Positions 25,648-29,473 of a DNA stretch of 29,473 bases are shown here, piece after piece. The stretch is from an uncultured Pseudomonadota bacterium (GTDB taxonomy: Bacteria; Myxococcota_A; Polyangia; Nannocystales; Nannocystaceae), in the NCBI GenBank assembly GCA_937896535.1, contig CALBMM010000222.1, positions 1 through 29,473 on the forward strand, read 5' to 3'. The notes below the pieces were generated by a model. The model made no database searches and was not told the origin of the DNA. It worked only from the letters and a program-made list of their open reading frames with translations. The position numbers and the translations under genes are program-made. How positions within the stretch are numbered: position 1 is the stretch's first letter; the number at the start of each line of letters is the position of its first letter.

Positions 25648-27834
25648 CTAGGGCAGGGGAAAGACGTCGCCCTGCGCGTTGCCGGCGTAGGTGTTCCCGG
25701 AGATCGTCGCGGTCACGCCATCGTGCTGGTAGATCGCCCAGCCTTGGCTGTCGGTGATCGTGGAGTTGGTGATCGTGACGTCCGGTGACCAGATGTCGAA
25801 CGCCCCGCTCGTCGCGTTGCCCCACGCGTTCTCGAGCACGCAGTAGTCGAAGACGGACGGGCTCGCGAAGTCGAGGATGTCGATGCCGGCGGCGAATCCT
25901 CCCTCGGGGCCCCGGAAGATGATCGGGTTCGTCGGCGTGCCGATCGCCTGGATGCCCCCGACCAACTGGGCCACCCCCGTGGGGTAGAGCTGAATCGGAT
26001 TGCCGGCCTGCAATCCTTGAGAAAGCTCCACTACCGCACCTGGCTCGATCACGAGGGTCGCGGGGACACCGTACGACCCGCCGACGTCGATACGATGCGC
26101 AAGACGATATGGCACGTCCAGCGCAGGCCAAGTCGTGTCGATGCCAACTTCGCTCTCGATCTCCACGTAGTCGTTGGCGTTCCCCGCGAAGGTCGACAAC
26201 GCGAAAGACTCGTCGATCGCCCATCCCGTCGCGCGAAGCGGAGTCTCGTTGTTCTGGAGAACGTTCCCGACGAACGGAGCGACGGGCCGATCGACGAGGC
26301 GCAACGCGAGGCCGGGATTGTCCGCAAAGACGCTATCGCGTATTTCGTAGACGACGGCGCCGTCGACGTACACGGCCGCATACGTCGACGGCGAATTGCG
26401 AACTTCAGTATCGTGGAACGAGAAGTTACCAGCCCAGATACTGATCTCCATGGCGTCGAATTCGACGTGCTCAAACTCCGAGGTGGGACTCGAGGGATCC
26501 TCCGACATCGAGATGGACCCGTCACGGAACTCGATCGGAGTTGCCGCGGTACCAAGGGCATGGAACGCTACCAGGTCGTTTGGGCCCATTCCGATTTGAA
26601 GCCAGCCACTCAGCTTCGCCCCGGCCTCCACGATCACCTCGACCGGCTTCTCGGACAGCCAAGGCGCGTACTCCACGTAGACCGGATCGAGGCGTATCTC
26701 GACGTCCAACGCGTGCCATGTGGCCGAGGCATCAACGAATCCCGAGGCCCGTACGCCCCCGGCGTTCCCGGCGTACGTCGACGACCCGGCCAGCTCACCC
26801 AGCTCTTGCGCGCCCAAATCGACCGCCCAGCCCTTGTTGTCCGTGATGGTGTTCCCTGCGAACGACGGCGTGGGTCCGCTGAAGGAGGATTCGTCTTCGA
26901 GTCGGACGCCATCACCACCGTTGCTCGTGACGATCGTGTTCGTGACGGAGAACGTCGCCTGCTGCTCCGCGAGGATGCCGACGTCCAGCGAGTAGCGCAC
27001 GGTGCTGTGGTCGATCGCGACGAGTTCCACTCCGTCTGGTGTCCACGCTCCAACGATTTCCACCCCGCCCTCGGCGTTGCCACCGCCCGCGTACTCGATC
27101 GTGGCGTGGCTGATCGTGGACCCTCCGACGCCCGAGAACCGAAGTCCCTCCCAGGAGCCGGGAACCGGTACCGGCTCAGTGCTCGAGAAGAGCACCCCCT
27201 GCGCTCCACCGAGCACATGCAACCGACCGTTTCCAACTCCGAGGCCCACACCGGGGTCGGCGAGTACGGTGGTGCCGTCGAGAATCGTGAGCGTTGGAAG
27301 GGAGTCGTCGTGCACGGGCACATCGCAGGTCAGGATGTGGAGTCGATCGGGGCCCCAGACCTCGTCCTGGGTGATCCAGCCGCAATGCTCCATGGGGCAG
27401 GTCGGCGTACCGAGGCACGTGCCATCGGGGTGACACGCGTCGTCCTCGGTGCACGCGTCGCCGTCGTCGCAGGGCAGCCCGACGCCGGGCAGCGTGATGC
27501 AGCGGCCCGTCGCTTCGTCGCAGGTGTCGATCGTGCACGGGTCGCCGTCGTCGCAGTCGACCGACTCGCAAGGCGGCGGGAGGACACCGGTCTCCGAGCC
27601 ATCGTCGGTGGTCGCGTCCGACGTGGACGCGTCACTGGTGGTCGTGTCGTCGTCGGCGAGGCCCGTGTCCGAAGCGTTGGTGGTCGTGGAAGGCGCAGGG
27701 GCAGATGTGATGGCCGAAGAGCTGCTGCTGTCGTCGTCACCGCTCGTGCTACCGGCGCCGGTGGTCGCGACCACGCTGCCGCCGCACGCCACGATCGCGA
27801 CGACGAACAGCGAGAAGAGACGACGCAGCACCAC
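25648..27834 (-). CDS. lipoprotein with an Asp/Ser/Thr-rich linker, a Cys-rich CxDGDxCTxDxC repeat module and right-handed parallel beta-helix repeats
   Basis: 728 aa with a GTG start and lipobox VAIVAC. The low-complexity linker (GDDDSSSSSAITSAPAPSTTTNASDTGLADDDTTTSDASTSDATTDD) is followed by CESVDCDDGDPCTIDTCDEATGRC and CDDGDACTEDDACHPDGTC repeats, then repeated NxT(I)TxNxGWAV-type beta-helix rungs (NTITDNKGWAV, NSTITDSQGWAIY). Confidence 0.8.
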   Translation of the reverse strand: MVLRRLFSLFVVAIVACGGSVVATTGAGSTSGDDDSSSSSAITSAPAPSTTTNASDTGLADDDTTTSDASTSDATTDDGSETGVLPPPCESVDCDDGDPCTIDTCDEATGRCITLPGVGLPCDDGDACTEDDACHPDGTCLGTPTCPMEHCGWITQDEVWGPDRLHILTCDVPVHDDSLPTLTILDGTTVLADPGVGLGVGNGRLHVLGGAQGVLFSSTEPVPVPGSWEGLRFSGVGGSTISHATIEYAGGGNAEGGVEIVGAWTPDGVELVAIDHSTVRYSLDVGILAEQQATFSVTNTIVTSNGGDGVRLEDESSFSGPTPSFAGNTITDNKGWAVDLGAQELGELAGSSTYAGNAGGVRASGFVDASATWHALDVEIRLDPVYVEYAPWLSEKPVEVIVEAGAKLSGWLQIGMGPNDLVAFHALGTAATPIEFRDGSISMSEDPSSPTSEFEHVEFDAMEISIWAGNFSFHDTEVRNSPSTYAAVYVDGAVVYEIRDSVFADNPGLALRLVDRPVAPFVGNVLQNNETPLRATGWAIDESFALSTFAGNANDYVEIESEVGIDTTWPALDVPYRLAHRIDVGGSYGVPATLVIEPGAVVELSQGLQAGNPIQLYPTGVAQLVGGIQAIGTPTNPIIFRGPEGGFAAGIDILDFASPSVFDYCVLENAWGNATSGAFDIWSPDVTITNSTITDSQGWAIYQHDGVTATISGNTYAGNAQGDVFPLP

Positions 27835-28048
27835 GTGTCATCGTAGCGCGGCAACGTGCGGAAGATCCGTTTTGTGCCGGTTCGATCGCCCCGACGCGGC
27901 CGAGCGGTCTCGAGCTTCCGAAAAGCGGAAGTTCGCGGTGTTGCCAGACGGAGGGCGCGCGGGGCGACGAGGGCCGGCCGGGGGGCCGGTCACCAACCCG
28001 ATCCTACCACCGGGGCGGACGCACCGGGGTGTGTCAGGCTGCGCGGCG

Positions 28049-29197
28049 ATGGGCGATCCGATGGACCGTTTGGTGGCGCGGGTGTTGACCGAGCCGGCGT
28101 TGGTGGAGGCGGTGCAGTCGTTGGCGCCGCCGCAGCTGCGCGCGTTGGTGCGACGGGTGGGGATCGCCGATGCCGGTGAGCTGCTCGCGATCGCGACGCC
28201 GCGGCAGTTCGTGGATCTGGTCGACGACGAGCTGTGGCGCCAGCACGGCGCCCACGAGGTGTTCGACCACCGGCAGTTTCCGATCTGGCTCGAGGTGATG
28301 GGCGAGCACGGGGATGCGCTGGTCGTGCAGCGGTTGCGCGACCTGCCCGAGGAGACCCTGATCCTGGCGTTGTTCGGCCAGCTGTTCGTGCTCGACGCCG
28401 ACGTGTTGGGGATGTCGGCCGCTGCGCAGTCCGCGGAGGAGGCCGCCGACGCGGAGAGGATCCTCGATGAGGTGCTTTATTTGGAGCTGGACCGGTACAC
28501 GCTGGTCTCGCGGCGGGGCGTCGGGTGGGACGCAGTCATCGCCGCCGTGCTCGCCCTCGACGCGGCCGACCACGCGCTCGTCGAGCGAGTGCTCGAGGCG
28601 TGCTGTGCCGCATCGATGGCGTACATCGAGGACAACGGTGGGCTCTACGACGTGCTCGTGGGGGAAGACGCGCTCACCGAGGACGCGCACGGCGAACGAC
28701 ACCAACGAAGGTCGGCGGCGGGCTACGTCGACCCGGCCGATGCGATCGCGTTCCTGCGTCTGATCGAGCGCCACGATCCGGTCGCGCTGCCGAAGGAACG
28801 CGACCCCGTCTCGCACGCGTACTTTCGCGAGCTGGTGCCCGAGCCGGCCCTGCCGACGCCGATCGATCCCACACCGTTGGCCGAGCTGCTCGCCGAGCTC
28901 GGGATCGGTCCGACCGCCGCGCTCCCACCCGCCGACAGCTCGGGGCTGCGCGCGGCGATCGGCCGGCTGTCGCCCGAAGTCGCCGCGCAGCGTCATCGCG
29001 AGCTGGCGTACTTGGCCAACGTGCTCGTGGCGTCGGGGCGCAACTACACGCCGTCGTCGGCGGTCGCCGCGGTCGTGGAGGCGTGCGGGGGCGCGCTCGC
29101 CAAGCTCACCGAGGACGGCACGGATCCGGTCACCGTCCTCACGGAGACCTCCTGCGACCGGCTCTTCCGCTACGGCTGGTCGCGCCCTTCGGCGTAG
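28049..29197 (+). CDS. hypothetical protein (no recognisable motifs)
   Basis: 382 aa from the ATG at 28049 (MGDPMDRLVARVLTEPALVEAVQ ...), with a balanced, protein-like composition. The upstream 200 aa of track ORF 27449..29197 are antisense to the beta-helix gene and are rejected. The opposite-strand ORF 28034..29455 is Arg-rich and judged an artefact. Confidence 0.55.
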   Translation: MGDPMDRLVARVLTEPALVEAVQSLAPPQLRALVRRVGIADAGELLAIATPRQFVDLVDDELWRQHGAHEVFDHRQFPIWLEVMGEHGDALVVQRLRDLPEETLILALFGQLFVLDADVLGMSAAAQSAEEAADAERILDEVLYLELDRYTLVSRRGVGWDAVIAAVLALDAADHALVERVLEACCAASMAYIEDNGGLYDVLVGEDALTEDAHGERHQRRSAAGYVDPADAIAFLRLIERHDPVALPKERDPVSHAYFRELVPEPALPTPIDPTPLAELLAELGIGPTAALPPADSSGLRAAIGRLSPEVAAQRHRELAYLANVLVASGRNYTPSSAVAAVVEACGGALAKLTEDGTDPVTVLTETSCDRLFRYGWSRPSA

Positions 29198-29201
29198 GGC
29201 G

Positions 29202-29473
29202 TCACCCCTCGCAGTGCGAGACCGGGATGCCCTCGCGGAAGCAGGCGAGGGCGGCTTCCGAGTACGGCCGCCACGCGACCGCGTCGTCGGCGTTCGGAAA
29301 GTCGGGTGCGCCAGCGAGCCAGCGCTCCGTCGACGCGACGATCGGATCGTCGAAGGACGACACCACGATGCCGACCGGAGCCCCCGTGCCACGGGCCGGC
29401 GCGATCGCGTAGCCCCCCTCGTAGGTGGTGGCGAACACGAGCACTCGATCGCCAACGGCGAGGCCCGCGGCGG
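29202..29473 (-). CDS. hypothetical protein, 3' part only (the ORF is open to the window end)
   Basis: Track ORF 29202..29444 (80 aa) begins at a GTG, but the frame stays open upstream to position 29473 (...AAGLAVGDR-VLVFATTYEGG...), so the gene probably starts outside the window. No motifs recognised. Confidence 0.35.
   Translation of the reverse strand, partial: AAGLAVGDRVLVFATTYEGGYAIAPARGTGAPVGIVVSSFDDPIVASTERWLAGAPDFPNADDAVAWRPYSEAALACFREGIPVSHCEG

Noticed and set aside
27449-28048. First 200 aa of track ORF 27449..29197
   Set aside because: Antisense to the beta-helix lipoprotein gene, with a Ser/Pro/Ala-rich translation that mirrors the acidic linker. The real gene most likely starts at the ATG at 28049.
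28034-29455. 473 aa minus-strand ORF
   Set aside because: Arg-rich (RRRxRR runs) antisense artefact of the plus-strand hypothetical gene.

Overview
This 29.5 kb window is very GC-rich (about 70% GC, strong G/C preference at codon third positions) and densely coding. I call roughly 24 genes; no rRNA, tRNA, CRISPR array or obvious mobile element is present. GTG/TTG starts are frequent, and there are several lipoproteins and cysteine-rich secreted proteins, a style typical of Myxococcota-like genomes; this placement is inferred from composition and protein style only.

Gene order, with the complementary-strand genes marked (-):
- 5' part of a voltage-gated K+ channel (-)
- acyl-CoA delta-9 desaturase
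- Mini-RNase III (-)
- FHA+TPR protein
- enoyl-CoA hydratase (-)
- diheme cytochrome c (-), transcribed divergently from a LysR regulator
- ArsR regulator translationally coupled to an SRPBCC/AHSA1-like protein
- a TetR / membrane-fusion protein / RND permease / TolC-like efflux operon
- patatin-like phospholipase (-)
- HEXXH gluzincin lipoprotein (-)
- a YqiJ/NfeD-like membrane protein, a 743 aa flotillin and a 1910 aa protein carrying a MoxR/AAA_5-type AAA+ module, all on the same strand
- a Cys-rich lipoprotein (-)
- a parallel beta-helix lipoprotein (-)
- two hypothetical proteins

The most interesting candidate for an undescribed system is the NfeD-like / flotillin / giant AAA+ protein module at 15976-24820. 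The giant gene begins 28 bp after the flotillin stop, and I cannot assign it to any family I recognise. Several long ORFs of 1000-1575 aa on the opposite strand of real genes are composition artefacts.
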